This document shows positions 13,901 to 28,900 of a stretch of DNA of 64,000 bases, piece by piece. Each line of letters opens with the position of its first letter. Within the stretch, counting starts at the first letter, position 1. The stretch comes from Tubulanus polymorphus. Lineage: Eukaryota; Animalia; Nemertea. Position numbers and translations under genes: made by a program. The notes beneath the pieces are model-generated. The model did not search any database. It saw nothing but the letters and a program-made list of their open reading frames with translations, and had not been told where the DNA came from. Location of the stretch: positions 19,351,910 through 19,415,909 of the forward strand of contig NC_134031.1 in the NCBI RefSeq assembly GCF_964204645.1, in the 5' to 3' direction.

Positions 13901-16900
13901 TTAAAATTCTTGTGTTTTCTCTGGAACCCCAAAATAACGGGACACGGATCAGTGCAACTATAGCAATGCTGGTTCTATATGAAGTCATCGTCTGGTAGTC
14001 TACGTCATCTCGGGGAACGGCAGCCGCTTACAACTACATTTGACCCCAAAATGTTTTAAGCCCTTTTCTAGTTATTTGAGATATATTTCCTTTCGGCGTG
14101 ATACAAAGCGCAGTCGGATTGCACAGTTTGAACATGTAATCTGAGGCGTGTAATAAACTACCACCATTGATCTGTGGAGGAACGCTAGATCCGAACCCGT
14201 AGAAAAATCACCGGGTCTCACCGGCAAATTACGTTTAGTAATCGAACATACGCGGTATTTTCCGGCACATTTCAGCTCATTCGAACTGACATATTGATGG
14301 GGTAGGACGCGGTGCAGGAACAGATTCGATTGGTAATTGGTGGGAGACATCAGAAAACCTGCCAACTTCTAGATTACGCTGAGACGCAAAAAAGGTGCAA
14401 CGAAAAAAAGAAATCGGAAAAGAACCCGATATAGCTTATCATTGACCACGAATTCTGCCTTAATCCTCAATAGTCTGATAATCGATTTCCGCAGAGACGA
14501 ACTATTTACAGAAATCACTGTTTGTGAAAATGTTGTAAAAACTATAGAATTAAATACCCCCCACCTGGTGGTTTTAACACGTGTAGGTACCTGCTGTTTG
14601 GTTTCTACTTATGTTGGCAAGCCGATACGATTGTACTTAAGGAACAAAAAAAACCAACAAAAATAAAGCGAAATATTTTACCGTCTGAGATATAATAACA
14701 ATTGTTTAGAGGTTGGTATCGAGTTTTAAAGGGGTTTATTTCGAGATATAAACCACGTGTTCGTCGAGTCGCTGTCGGGTGGCGCAAAGAAGCCAACTAG
14801 GTACAATGCGTCAGTGAATGATTATCTGAACATCTGTATTTCATACCTGCCATTCAGCCTCGCTTACCAGGGTTTGACTGCCTCCCACCGAAGCTCTCGC
14901 CAACACAAACCCTGGCCGCAAACCTTCATTGGTCTATTACATTGCCAAGATTCTTGGGCGACTGGTGGCCGCTTCGGTCACCAGTCACAGTATTGAGCCA
15001 ATCAGTAGTCAGATTGAATAGACGGATGGATTTCAATTACATGAGTATTTTCTACGGCATCATTAGATTCTCTGCGCACCTTTTCGAGTAGTCGAGTATA
15101 GTTGCGTAAAGTATGCGACATATTTTTCTTTTGCAGATCAACCAAACATTCTAACGATGAAAATCAGTCCCCATGAACTTCCTCGTCAACCTGAACGTCG
15201 AAAATACGTTTACCTCGTAGCAGTGAGCAAAGACTATCGAGAATCTTTCCGCGAAGAGGCTGTGATACTTATCAATCCAAACAATGGTTATCTATTCTTA
15301 CAATCCGATAAGCCAATTTACACTCCGGGACAAAATGGTACGACCTCTTTACCATCCGACACGGCAACATTCATTTTCTGAAAAGACTGTTAGCGTTTCC
15401 TTCATTTTAATGTCGTTTTCAGTTTTGGTGCGGGCTGTGTCACTGGTTCAAAGACAGTCAGCGTCTCGCAAGCAGGTCACTGTAGAGATAAAGGTAATAT
15501 CATTATCATTATCAATATCATACCTATCAAATCAAAATACCGATTAAACTTACATAGCGCCTTATTACAATAAGGCTCTAAAGCGCTGCACGTGAAAATT
15601 ATAAAATTGAGATTGAAAAAATTGACCTAAAAAATACAAAACATAATACATTCTGAATAAAATACGTAAGGTAAATAGTCTTATACCGATAAATTATGGC
15701 GATTCTCGTAAAATTGCGTTGGTTATGATCCTTTTTTGTCGGTCGTTTCTAGAATCCGGATGACGTGACGATGGAGCGACGCTCGAATCTCAATTCTCGG
15801 ACAGGATTCATAGACTTTTCATTCCATATACCAGAGTTTACTACATTCGGAAAGTGGACAATAGAAGCGACTAGACACGGCGCCGATCAGGTTCGTGATG
15901 AGTTCTCAGTCACACAGAAATGCTGATGTATCTTTGTTGTTGTGAAATCATTTGCGAGGAAATGATTTTTCTCCTATATTTTCAGATACAAAATGCCACT
16001 GCATATTTTGAAGTGAAGAAATATGGTAATAAATCGAAAATCGGAAAATAGTCGGATTTAGTCTCATTCGTTTAAAACAGTGTTGTTACGTTCCTCGATT
16101 TGGCTGGAGTTTAACGATATTATATTTCGATGAATTTTTTGCAGTTTTGCCAACATTTTCCGTAAAAATTCACTCTCCAAAATTCATCCTTCCCCAAGAT
16201 GTACAGGTCAATGGCCACGTTACCGCACGGTAGGTGTTATCAAAACCGTTTCACCAAAATAATCTGAGCCGGATCATGATCTAACCGACCCGGTATTTTC
16301 CGTATTGATAGATACGTTTTTGGTCAACCCGTTGTCGGCAAAATCATCGTCACGTACTATGTACTGAAAGCGGGAGCCGTTAAAATCAGAATTACAGATC
16401 ACAAACAAGACGTAGGTGCCATTATGAAAAACATTTCATGTATAGCGGTAGGATTTTCTAGGATTATAACCAGCTCCAAACAGATACTGTGAAATTGGAC
16501 TTTTCGATTCTTTCCACTTGTAAAATTTGTAAGAAATATCGAATAACTTTCTCTCTAAGCAGTTGGGGCGTTTTGACCTAGTTTATCGAGCTTTGATGCA
16601 ATTATGAATGATTATTTCGCATTTTAAAAAATGTGCACATTATTTCTAATAAACGCTTTCCGCCTTCTCGTCTCTTTTGCAAAAATAAGAATTTTGTCTA
16701 TTTCAGTTGAACAGCAACGGAAGATTCAGCTTCAACATTCCACAAAGTGAATTCGGAACGACGTGGAATAGTTTGGGAAGTCGGTTACTTATCGAGGCGG
16801 CCGTAACCGAAACATCGTCCGGTAAAATTGTGAAAGTGGCCGATAAAACGGCCATGTTTGTCGCGTCACCTTATAAACTATCACTGGTACATAGTAAAAA

Positions 16901-19900
16901 GAACTTTCACGCTGGTTCCACTTATCAGGCGAAGGTAGGATAATTGTTGGTTATGTTTCAGTTATAGATAACCGTAATGGACGTAATATTCATTGCAGGT
17001 TTACGTAGAATGGGCGCACGGTAAACCGGCTGGTGGGGTACCCGTGTTGTTTAACGCCACGGCAGTACAGGCTGACGGTCGACCAAGCAAGCTTCAACTC
17101 GCAACCAACACGGCTCGTACGAACAGCAACGGTTACGCTCAGATACTGATCCCGGTACCGAAATTCTCGCGACAGTTTAGTTTTATCGCGCGAACGAATA
17201 ACGAACGTTACGCGCCCAGTCAACAGTGCACTGATGAGAAAATCGCCAATCCGTACGAATCCCGTAGTGGTAGTTATATATCGTTAACTATCAACAAACT
17301 CGACGCCAAAGTCGGCGAAAATATCACGATAAATCTGCGAACCAATGAACTCCTCACTAAAGAAGTTAGCGTTATGGTAAGCGACTCGAGGAACTTTTCC
17401 GATGAGATTTGAAAAGCGTGTGCGGTTAATGACATTTTTCGCTTAATATTTCTAGGGTGTCTCATTGGGTAAGGTTGTATTATTGAAAGCAGTGAATATA
17501 TCTACTACAGACCCATACGCGGTACAGATAACTATTAATGACTTGATGTCTCCCAGCGTGCGCCTGATGGCTTACTACGTGCGCTGGAGCGAATTACATC
17601 GACCTGAAGTCGTCGCAGACTCCATTTCATTTGACGTCGATGATGACTGTAGATACAAGGTATAGATTAACCCCGAAACCGATTCGAACATTTTCCGCTG
17701 TGTTAAGGACGAGGCTATTCGTTCACACACCTTGAACTGTTCCCCGGAGATTTTACTTGAATTTATTCGATGCTATTATCATTGCAATTAATGATTAAGT
17801 AACTAGTAACAAAGCATATGGCAATAGCATCGAATTTCGAGAAAACAATTTTCAAGTCGCTATTTTTCTTTTGAAGTCGGAAATAGAGAGCGATAAGGAT
17901 CAATATGAACCAGGTGAATTAAGCCACATCAGTGTTTACAGTACACCGTTCGCGCATGTTGGTATACTGGGTGTCGATTCAGCGATTTACGTGTTGAAAG
18001 ACAACACGATCATCACACCAGAAAAGGTTCGTAATCTTTCACGTCGAGTCACGACTTAAAGTCTTAAGACCATTCTAACACCATCTTAGTTCTATAGCAA
18101 ATCTAACAGATGTAAAATTTTGTCTTTTGGACTAGAGAACCGGCTCGACTATGGGACCGGCCACTGGTGTCATTTTAGAGTTTCGAATATCGTAATTACC
18201 AATATCTATTGTAGGTTTTTAAGGCAATGGGTGAATATGACATCGGATGTGGAGCTGGTGGTGGTATGAACAGTAACCAAGTATTCAAGGTGCGCATATG
18301 GGAGTAATGTTCAAAATATTCACATCTATCTAGCTACAAATGTCCTAAGAGAGGATTTTAATTCAACGGGTTCTTTAAAACACTTTCCTGAATTTTAGAA
18401 AATAAGATTATGAGAAATAATTCTAGTGTAGTTTGTATCCATTTTCTACTATTCTAGGATGTGGGACTTGCCGTTATAAGTAACACTAATTTAAACATTC
18501 GGCGACGAACGCAGTCGAAGTGTAACCGTCAACACGTTCGTACGAAGCGAGACGTCGGCTACTTCACCACTTCCTCCACATCGAGCAGAAACAGCCGATA
18601 TAGGTCGAGGTCAAGGTCAAGGTCATTCCAAAGCGGTGGAATCGGTGGCACCAGTGACCTCGGTAGGCAGTTGCAATAGTTGACGAAATTTCGAATTTTA
18701 AAAATGAATCAAAAGAGCCAATCCAGGGTGGCCACTGACGTGGAAAAACCCAGAAAACCTGGAAAACTCAGGGAATTTGGACATGCTACTGAACACACGT
18801 TTCATTATCAATACCTGATTCGTGATGACGCGAATATGTAACATAAGTTAAGAATTTCTCCATTTACCTACCGCAGATTCATTCAGGGAATTTTGTGTTC
18901 TTAAATAGAAAAATTAGGGTAAACTCCGGGAATTTACAAAGGGGAGTGACCAGCTGCTAGTTAGCATACCGAAAAATAGGTTCTCGAAAATTCAAGAATA
19001 TTATTTGCAAGATTTGTTCGATTTCGATGTTCATTGTTTTTTTTTTAATTCTCAGAGTCGTTATTCACTGGGCATAGTCGCTACTGCTGCAGGAAGGGTA
19101 AACAGCTGCGAGTTGACATCTCCGAAACTTGTCATCAACATCGTCATCGAACTCCGAGTAAATCAGCGTCATGTCTGCAGGCGTTTTTAACGTGTTGCGA
19201 AGGAGAACGCGTCCGACTCGGGAAGATCATATCGCCCGGCGATAGTGAGTATCAGTGCGATTGCGTTTTGTTCTTGTTATTTTTTTCTCTGGACAGTTGA
19301 ATTAAGAAAGTCGTTTTACCCCTCGCTGTTAACGACCGACTGGAAAAATCGCGAGGAATATATGTTTTAATCTCACCCAGAATCAGAGTCCGATTCGCCC
19401 GCAGTTCTAGGAAAATGTGTCTTGAAATTGAAATTCGGCCAGTAGGCATCGATGAAACATTCCCTCCGTGTTGTAACCGAAATATAAACCAAAGGATGAT
19501 GAATAAAAAAAGTCGGAGATGTTTTCTTGAGACCTAATATCTTATTTCATTCGACAAATCGACTATATCCTAATCCTGCCAGGAATAGGGTATTCCCGAA
19601 GATAACTTTATTTCTTATTGTGGGATTTGATATCAATTGACAGTTGGCTCTTCGACGTTGTGTGGAATTGGGGGTGATGATAATTTCAATCTTCACAATA
19701 TTCCAAACAGAAACATACACCAATATTCAGAAGATTCTGGGTGATAATCAATTTTCCTCCGATTTTATATTACGTTCTATATAGCATTCAACCCCTTTAT
19801 ACATATATTTACTGTCATTTTCTTCCCGCTAAATTCTAAAGCTAAATAACAAAACGAAAAGAAAACAAACAACAACAACAAAAACAAAAACAAAATAATT

Positions 19901-22900
19901 TCGGAAAATTCTGGTCGATTATCGCCCGTCTTCCTTTTAGGCCTGCGTCGACATTCATATAATGGCAGGCGTCGCTATTACAAAAGTTATAAAAGTCATC
20001 ATCGACGCCCGATTGTATCATTGAGTTTAGGTAGGTAGGTATTCGCTCGCTATTGCAGTATCAATTTTTCGTTCACTCGTTGTAACATTGTGCATATTAT
20101 ATCATCAATATATCAATATTATACTATCTTATTGAATATTTCCATAGTCATATTTTCATGTATCGTCTGAAATTATAGCGAAAATACTAATGCCCGTTCG
20201 TAACGCTCCCTGGCGTCGCAATTCCTTACTAAATGTGAAATGATGGTTGTTGGTTACTAACGTTGACTGCTGCTATTTTTGCTCGTGTTTTGAATTCAAG
20301 AATTCGTCGGCGGGGAACAAAGATTCACTGAGTTTTGTGCGTGTCTGATTTTCTGTCGTGTTTTAGCTTCACGGATTTGATATCAAAATGGCGGACAAAC
20401 AAAATAACGGTCTCACCTTGCGCTACTGACAGTGGTTTCTTAAAAAATAGAAATCTCTTATCAAAACGGTTCTGATTGCGCGTATCATTCGAGAATTAAA
20501 ATCGAAGCCGAGGATGATTTCTAAGTGAAACTGTTTGATCAATAGATTCGAAATTTTTCGAGCATGCAGTTCCGCGTCCGTAAATGTTAGTTCGCATGAG
20601 CGCATTTTATTTTTTCACTTCGATTGAGTTTCTATCGTTCGCATTCATTTTTTTCGCTCTAACATTAATTTTTAATAGTAGCTTAGAATACAATGAAACA
20701 AAGATGGCCACATTATCTTTAAGAACTAATAAGAATGAAACTTTGCCACAGGGATTTGTGAATAATACTTTTTGTTGTTAGTGTCATTTTCTTCAAAACG
20801 TTGTTTGTATGTGATGCTGTTTGTGTATTTCGCCTAAAGTTGCTAGATAAACGTTTTCTCTATTTAGTCATCGCGACTCTGAAATTACCAATTTTACATC
20901 TAACTAATCAGTATAAAAAGTAAATGTAAGATTTACCGGCCATACATGTAACATAAGTGACAGATATACGAATTGTATTTTCTCGTTATATCGTATGGCA
21001 AGTCTCCAACGCTGACGAGTAAACAAACTATGACGTCACGTGCACGACCTCAATACTGATTATTTGGTAACACGTATTTCAGATTGCGATAATTAAATGG
21101 TTTTTTATTTAGTTTTATTGGATTCTCTCGTAACCTGTCAAAGATTCCAATATATACGTAATTTCTTTCCTACACTGCCTTGTGGTGTGTTTCTAGGTCG
21201 ATTTGGGTCACGAGTTCTGTATAGTACGGTGAAATTTATCATAATCTCGTCCAAATTCGTTACTTATATTCATCCTAAAAATTGTAGTATGATATTTTGC
21301 TCTCTTTTTTATTCGTGACCCAAATTGGCATTCCAAACCGCAGGGGCTCGTCACATAAAGCTGATGTATAACAAACAAGTCGCTCCAAGGAAACGACTAT
21401 AAATCTTCATGATTTTGGACACCTAGCTTTTTGTGAAGAGCCCCCGTGATCGAAACAACACCACACTGTTGAAGGCATGAAATCCTCGATGAGGTTTTTG
21501 AAGAAATGAAAATTTCTATTTAACTCAAAATCTATTGGGCAGAGGCTTCCGAATTAGAATCCAATCAAAATATATAAGGTTACAAGATTTGCCGATGTTG
21601 ATATTGCTTCCCGCTTCGTAGTTCAATCGTTGTTTTCCCGCTTTTTTTATACCAGTGCTGCAGCCCGAAACTAATAAGGGCCCATCTTCAATAGATGCTG
21701 TTCCGCCTGGTGGCCGGAAAAGCGGACGAAATGGATACACGTTACAGTACACGAATATCGAAGGAAGAGAGGTGGACGAACGTACGTTCTTCCCAGAAAC
21801 GTGGATCAGTCAGATCGCTTATACCGGGTAAGCATTTACTCGCCGACGCGACTTAACTTAAACCAATATTGATAAGGATAGCCGATAATCTGGGACCAGT
21901 TACATAGTCATGGCTAGAATTTAAGACCAGTCTAACACCACCTAGGTTCTATAACCAATCTAACAACATTTTAACAACCAGTCTTACGATTTATGTCACG
22001 GCTGTCCATGATTATTATTGACTATCTTAGAATTCACTGTCCCATTAGTTATTTCAAGGGTATTTTCCATTTGCATTCCCAGAATTTTTGGGTCGTTCCC
22101 TTGGATATATTTTGCGAGTTCAATAACGATCGTTTCATTCCTGGAATTCTTACTTTTCACCGGAATGATTTTTGAAAATTTAAAAATCTTAAATTTGATT
22201 GCCTGTACAGGTCTCGAGATCAAGCGCAGTTCTCCGAACACGTTCCGGATAGTATAACTACCTGGTCGCTGTCAGCCATCAGTATTTCACCGTCTAAAGG
22301 TCTGTGCGTCACGAAAACCAAACGAGTGAAAGTTTTCAAACCGTTTTTCGTCAGTGTCGAGATGCCGTACAGCGTCGTGAGAAACGAACAGATTGAACTG
22401 AAGGCTACGATATTCAATTATGAAGATCATGTTATTCCGGTAAGCTTTAAATAGATGACGATGATTGTTGCGAGTAGCACCGGAAGAAACTTCATAACGA
22501 TAATTTCAATATGAATTCTTAGATTGCTTCAGATCAATGTAAATTGCCTCAAAACATAATTAGCTTTTCTAGATTAATGATTTAGGTAATTCCGTTGTAA
22601 GGAACAGCCTTATTATATTTTTTCAAAACCCTTCGAGATCTAGAAAAAAATGAAAATTGTTCAAAACTTTTTAAAGGCTTAGACTAAAACCTCTCTCCGA
22701 GGCGGCGCAGTGGATGGAGTTTCGAAAATTAAATCGTTGTTATTCTTCAGGTGAATATTAGTCTGCATTGGTTATCTGGTGTTTGCACGCATGCGCGAGT
22801 TAACGGTTGGACGCCGGAGAAAAAACTGAAGATTGAACCGCACAGATCGGCATCAGTGACGTTCCCGATGATACCCCTGACTGTCGGCAAGTTTAACGTC

Positions 22901-25900
22901 ACCATGCACGCCGATTCGCCGTTCTATTCCGACGCTATAAACAAAACGCTAACGGTCATTGTAAGTACTATGAGCTCCTGAACCCCAGTGCCAAAAGTGT
23001 CCGTTAAATCTGGCTTTTTATACCTGTTTTTTGAGAATCGTTTTTTAAGGGTGGATCTGGACATCGGAATGGACCCTCCTACGGAAAATGTTTGAGATTT
23101 TAGGGCAAAAAGGGGAAATTTTTGGCTTTTTGACCCCGGCCGAATGTTTCAAAACTTTTTGCTAATTTGGACTAATCTTTGTTTTTTTTTCTTCTGATTT
23201 TTGAAGGGACAGATTCGAATTCCGCCCTTGAGATTCAAAATCTTCTCGGTATAATTAAAACATTCATTATTTCTCCTATTTCCAATGCGTATTGTTGTTC
23301 TTTTTGTAACAGGCTGAAGGTACGGAGAAAGTCGCCGTCGTGTCGAAGGTGTTGGATCCATCTGGTAAAATGAAGGCGCCAGTCGTGTCGACTGTAGCTC
23401 GACGTCACGGATCCAGACGAAGTCGAACGAGAGGAGACATCAATCGCAGGGTTCAAGCCGATGACGGTACTGATTTTTCTGTCAATTTCCTTCTCGTTGA
23501 AAATTCATGTGTGGAAATCTATATGTGGAATAAACATATATTCATATGTATACATTGAGAGAATCCCACAATGATAACGAAAAGTCCGAAAATGTTACTT
23601 TGAGCTGGTGTAGTTTATTCAACGTTTCGACTATATCCTAATAGTCATCTTCAGGAATAATGTTTTGAATAATAACAGAATTATTCCTGAAGATGACTAT
23701 TAGGATAAAGTCGAAACGTTGAATAAACTACTATCTTCTGTTATATTTTTGGACTGTTTTTTCATTATTATTGTGGGATTCTCTCTACATCGCGTCAACA
23801 CGGATATAGTGTTCTATAAATCGTGTTCTTATTCATCTTCTCGGAATGAATGCATTGCTCTTTTTTGCAGAGGACGTTTTTGATTTTACGAACCAACGTC
23901 AGATGAGTTGGGTTGACTTGAGCGTTCCGAAAGAGGCGGTCAGCGGATCTGTGAACGCTAAACTAACTATCACAGGTAAGAGAACACGTAGTTTGTGTGC
24001 GACCTGCACCACAGTTCATAGCTTTCTGGCGCGATCAGATGAGAGTTATCAAATTTTCATCGAGTGACTTTTGAAAATTTACATTCTAATCGCAGGAACG
24101 ATAATGGGTCCGACGGTCGGGACGATTATCGGTGGTATGGATAAGATGATAAAACTACCGACTGGATGTGGAGAACAGACTATGATTGCGCTAGCCCCGA
24201 CAGTATACGCGACTAAATACTTAAAAATCGCGAATAAATTAACGTTAGATCGAGAGAACGAAGCTATACGCTATATGCAAGAAGGTAAAGCAGGCTCGGA
24301 AAAATTGACGATATTTTTCTCTTTATCAGAGAAATTCTAGATCACTAGGTCCAGTCGTAGTATTGTATCGAAAAACATTGTGTACGAGGTTGAATAACAG
24401 AATACCATCTAAACAGTTAGATACGTTATGATAACGATATTTTACAGCGATCAACTGAAGATTTCATTTCTTGAAATGAAACGGGAATTCATCAAACTGT
24501 TTCCTCGAGGTCTAACCTTATAGCTTCGATTTTTTCAGGTTTCAAAAAGCAGATGGTCTTCAAGAAACGAGACGGTTCGTTTTCCGTGTGGCCGAATTTC
24601 CGAGCGAGCACGTGGTTGACGGCGTTCGTCGTAAAGGTTTTCTGTCAGGCGCGCGAGTTCGTCGAAATCGATGAGACGATCATCTGTTCGGCTGTAGAAT
24701 GGCTATCGAGAAGTCGGCGAAATAACGGCGCCTTCTACGAAAAATACAAAGTACTACATCGACATATGTTGGTGAGTCTGGGAATTTTGGTTGCATCTTT
24801 GTAACGAAAAGGTCACTGGACCAGTAGAAATCACTTTGCTAGACAATGCGCGTCTTGGGTTTTGGCCCCATTTTCGGGTTAACTCAAATGTTCATTGGAT
24901 ATTCTTTTATCATGTAATTCTAGGGTGGAGCAAAAGGGAAAACTGCCTTAACCGCGTTTGTGCTCATAGCGATGAAGGAATGCAAATGTCAAATCACGGT
25001 ATTTAATCAATTTTTCAATTGATTTTCTGATTTAATGTTTATTGGTCCATTGAATCTCAATTTCGTCATCAAGTGTTCATTTGTTTCTAATGTTAAACAG
25101 CAGGCGGATAGAGCGATTCAAGGTGCGACGATGTATCTAGAACGAAGATACGTTCATCTGAAAGACGCGTATACTTTAGCATTAGTGACGTACGCGTTGA
25201 CTTTAGTTGAAAGTCCTCGGCGATATGCGGCAAACACGAAACTCAAAACATTATCCAAATTCAACACCGGTTAGTATATAAATAGGACGTATTATACATA
25301 ATATCATCCCACGATACAACAGAAAATCGACTCCGAAGAAAAGATTCCTCGAGTTAATATTTCATTTTACGTGTCGAGTATATCCTTATCACTTATCATC
25401 AGGATTTACTGCAAATTCATAAAATATATACATACGATCCAGAACAAAGAGACTAAATAAGTAACCAGAAGTGATCGTGCAGCTAGATTTTTAACTAGGA
25501 ATACTTATAGGAATACTTAGAGGAAGACTTCCAATAGAGAATATTGCTAGTAGAACATGAACATAAGTTCAAATGACCAGTGGAAATCAGATTCAAACGT
25601 CGAATTTACTTTATAACAGATACCTATTTATGTCGATGTTTTAGGATCCCAGTCACGGTACTGGCCAGTTGACGAGCCATCTTCTAACCATCAAGCCAGA
25701 ATCAAGAAATCCACGTGGTACAGAAAGAAACCGTCTGGATTAGCGATAGAGACAGCTTCCTACGCGTTACTGGCACAGTTAAAACTCGGTGAATTCGAGT
25801 ACAGTAAATCTATAGCGATATGGCTAATCGAACAACGTAACAGTCACGGAGCCTTCATATCAACACAGGTAGGAGGTCAATCAAACTGTGAAGGTCATAT

Positions 25901-28900
25901 CGTAACTGTGTTTTTAATTAATTTGTAATATACAATTCAATTCAAGATATACGTAGGCGTCTATCATCCTATAGAGTCTTGCTTTTTTACTCTTACCTCG
26001 CTATATCTGTCGGCAGACACAATTTGTGAATCATCTAGTAAACAAACTATGACATCCCGTGCAAGACCGCTATTCTTCATCATAAAATGAAATCGAGAAA
26101 ATACAAAAAATCCTCGAGATATTCAGATTCACTGATCATATTATTTTCGACAGGATTCAGTGATAGGTCTACAGGCTCTGGCGCAATACGACACGCAAAA
26201 ACAGTCTGAAAGGTTGCAGTTACACGCGCGAATCTATTTCGACGCGGCGATCAGTAACATGACTAAAGACATATACCTGGACGACGGAAATGACGTAGCC
26301 GTTCAAGTGGTTGATGACGTAAGGATCTGATTTTCTGTAAAACGCAATTTCATTTGAAAAAAAAACGGTGAAAAAACTGAATTATTTCTATTTTTCTGCG
26401 GAAACTATTGTAGTTACCGCTCGGAGGAACGATGTATATAGAAACCGATGGAACAGGAATCGGTCAGTTACAAGTTGAAATGAGATACAACGTCGATAAG
26501 ATCAACAAGTCCAAATGTAACTTTCAACTGCACGCTGAAGCCAGTGAAGAGATAGATGACGGACTATCTGAGCTGTTCGGGAATGCTCGAGCGAGGTGAA
26601 GAGACAATTAATTAAATCTTATTCTTATTTGATGATTCTAGTGTTTCTCGACTAACAAACGTTTCTTTCGCGTGCAGGTTCCCAACTCGGTCACGACACT
26701 CAGGCAGGAGACACTATCAAAGAGGTCGCATCAATAAATTCCGGTTCGAACCTTCGAATCCTTATGTACATAGAGGCCATGATGCCATGATCACTAAAAG
26801 GGTTTTCAGAGTAAAAGCTTGCATCAAGTGAGTTATTTCAACTTCTCCCATTCAAATAGAGTAGGCGCTAACTGTTAAAACACTAACCATGTTATTACAG
26901 GGCCCTCACCGATGATATGTCTGAAATGACAATACTTGACGTCGGACTTTTTACCGGATACGAACCAAGAACTCGTGATCTGGATAAGGTAACTCTACAC
27001 CTCATAACTATAGATATTTGTCTATCTTAAGAGTGTTCTAGAAATTCTGATAACTTTTATACAAGAATTCTCTAATTCCGTGTAATTTGTATATTTGCAA
27101 CAGTTGAAAAACAACAGAAACACGACTTTTGTTCAACACTATCATCAAACAGAACGTTCTGTTATATTCTACATGGATCGGGTATGTATAACTCAATCAT
27201 CTGTAAATCGTAACGAAAATTGAGTAAACTTTTCAAAAGTTGTATATTCCTCGATTTTCTGCTGTGACCTTCGGATAGACACGGGAATGTTTGATATTAA
27301 ATATTTCATCGATGTTTTCTTCGTTTTTGTGTAGATTCCCAAATCGTCTAAAGTACACTGTATCGAATTCGGGGTTAGTCAAGAGCAACACGCCGGTCAA
27401 ATCCATTCTGTTGCGGTTAATGTTTACGATTACTACGAACCAGGTATGAACTAATGATCTTTCGATATTCTTCCAGTTATTCATTTAAATCAGATTAATA
27501 CCTTTTATAATAGCCAAACTTTAACGTGTTAGTAACAGTTATAGTAATTTCATTTCTATGGCGCTTTCGCTGTGAAAATTAAATTGGTATTGTAACCCCC
27601 AGCCTATAACTATAACCATTTATCAGTCATCATCTTGCCCACTGCATTCATGTACTGGCGGTTCGAACCCACGTCTTGGCTTCCCAGAGTCGAACGCTCT
27701 AAGTTAAATATCCAAACATAATTTCTGCTATTCTAAGTTAATGATATTATTCCTTTTTTTCGCAGCAACCAATTGTATTGCATTCTATCATATAAATAGT
27801 GGTGCATCTCGTCTGGAAACGACATGTCAAGGAGACCTGTGTCAGTGCGCTGAAGGCAAGTTAAAAAGAGATTTTCTATCACATTCAGTTAATACAACGA
27901 GACGAATAGTACTTTTTAGTTTATTTGACGCACGAGCTTTCGCTACTATAGTGTATCAGCTTCCTACGATACACTAGTAGCGCAAGCTCGGGCGTCCAAT
28001 AAACTAAGTTAACCTATAAAGTACCATTCCTCGTCTCGTAATTCATTCTATATCACATTAACACGGCTCTTTCGCGAATTATCGCATTCAGACACGAAAT
28101 TCTAAGAATCGTATATGATTTCTTTTTTCAAATTCTTCTTTCATTCAGGGAAATGCCCGGAATGTTATGGCCTATCGCCTAGCGAAAAATCCCCATTGAG
28201 TTTCCTGGAAATGAAGACAAAAGCGTGCAATGAACTAGACTATGGTAAGAATATTCATCAATGTACCTTCATACATCTAATCATTCTGATTTCATTATAA
28301 TTCGGTAATTCATATTTTTGCAGCATTTAAAGGGGTTGTTTTAGATATCGAAAGAGTTGAATCTGGTTTAAATTACATAGTGAAAATCCAAGATGTTCTT
28401 CACAAAGGTACGGTATATGCGACTGACAATTCGAAAAAGCGAGCACATATTTTTCTATTTCGTAATCAGTTCATATAGATGATATCAAAAATACCTAAAG
28501 AGGACATGTAGTTTTTATGATATCTAATATCGCCACCATTGCGGAAACGACTTACGACTTATGTCTTCTAAATGTCTTACATTTGCCGTACATTACAAGA
28601 GTATATTCTAAAAATGCTTTGATAGTTAACATGCTTATCACCAGATTTAGCGTTATTTTTGTCTCTTTTACTTAGTTATGTATATATTTATTCATTTTCA
28701 GGCAAGGAGGACGTGAAGTCAATGGAATCGGGCGTTATATTCACGAAAAGGAAAAGCTGCCCGGCAAACTGCCCTCGTCTGATGAGAGACAGGTCTTATC
28801 TGTTCATCGGAAAAGATGGACCGAAACACAAAGACGAATTTGGAAACGAATGGTAACAATTTCTTCAAGATCGATCATGCGCACCAGTTTACCCTCAGAT

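Larger units (their letters stand above)
23557..23787. mobile_element. Fold-back element (Penelope-like inverted terminal fragment) in a C3 intron
   Basis: GAGAATCCCACAATGATAA at the left end pairs with TTATTATTGTGGGATTCTC at the right end. The inner arms 23615-23660 and 23681-23726 are near-perfect reverse complements. Confidence 0.7.

Noticed and set aside
700-15000. Numerous 60-134 aa ORFs upstream of and within C3 introns 1-2
   Set aside because: No recognisable domains or consistent splice structure. They are at the level expected by chance.
21343-21401. Possible additional C3 exon after an AG at 21343
   Set aside because: The required frame hits TAA with no convincing donor before it.
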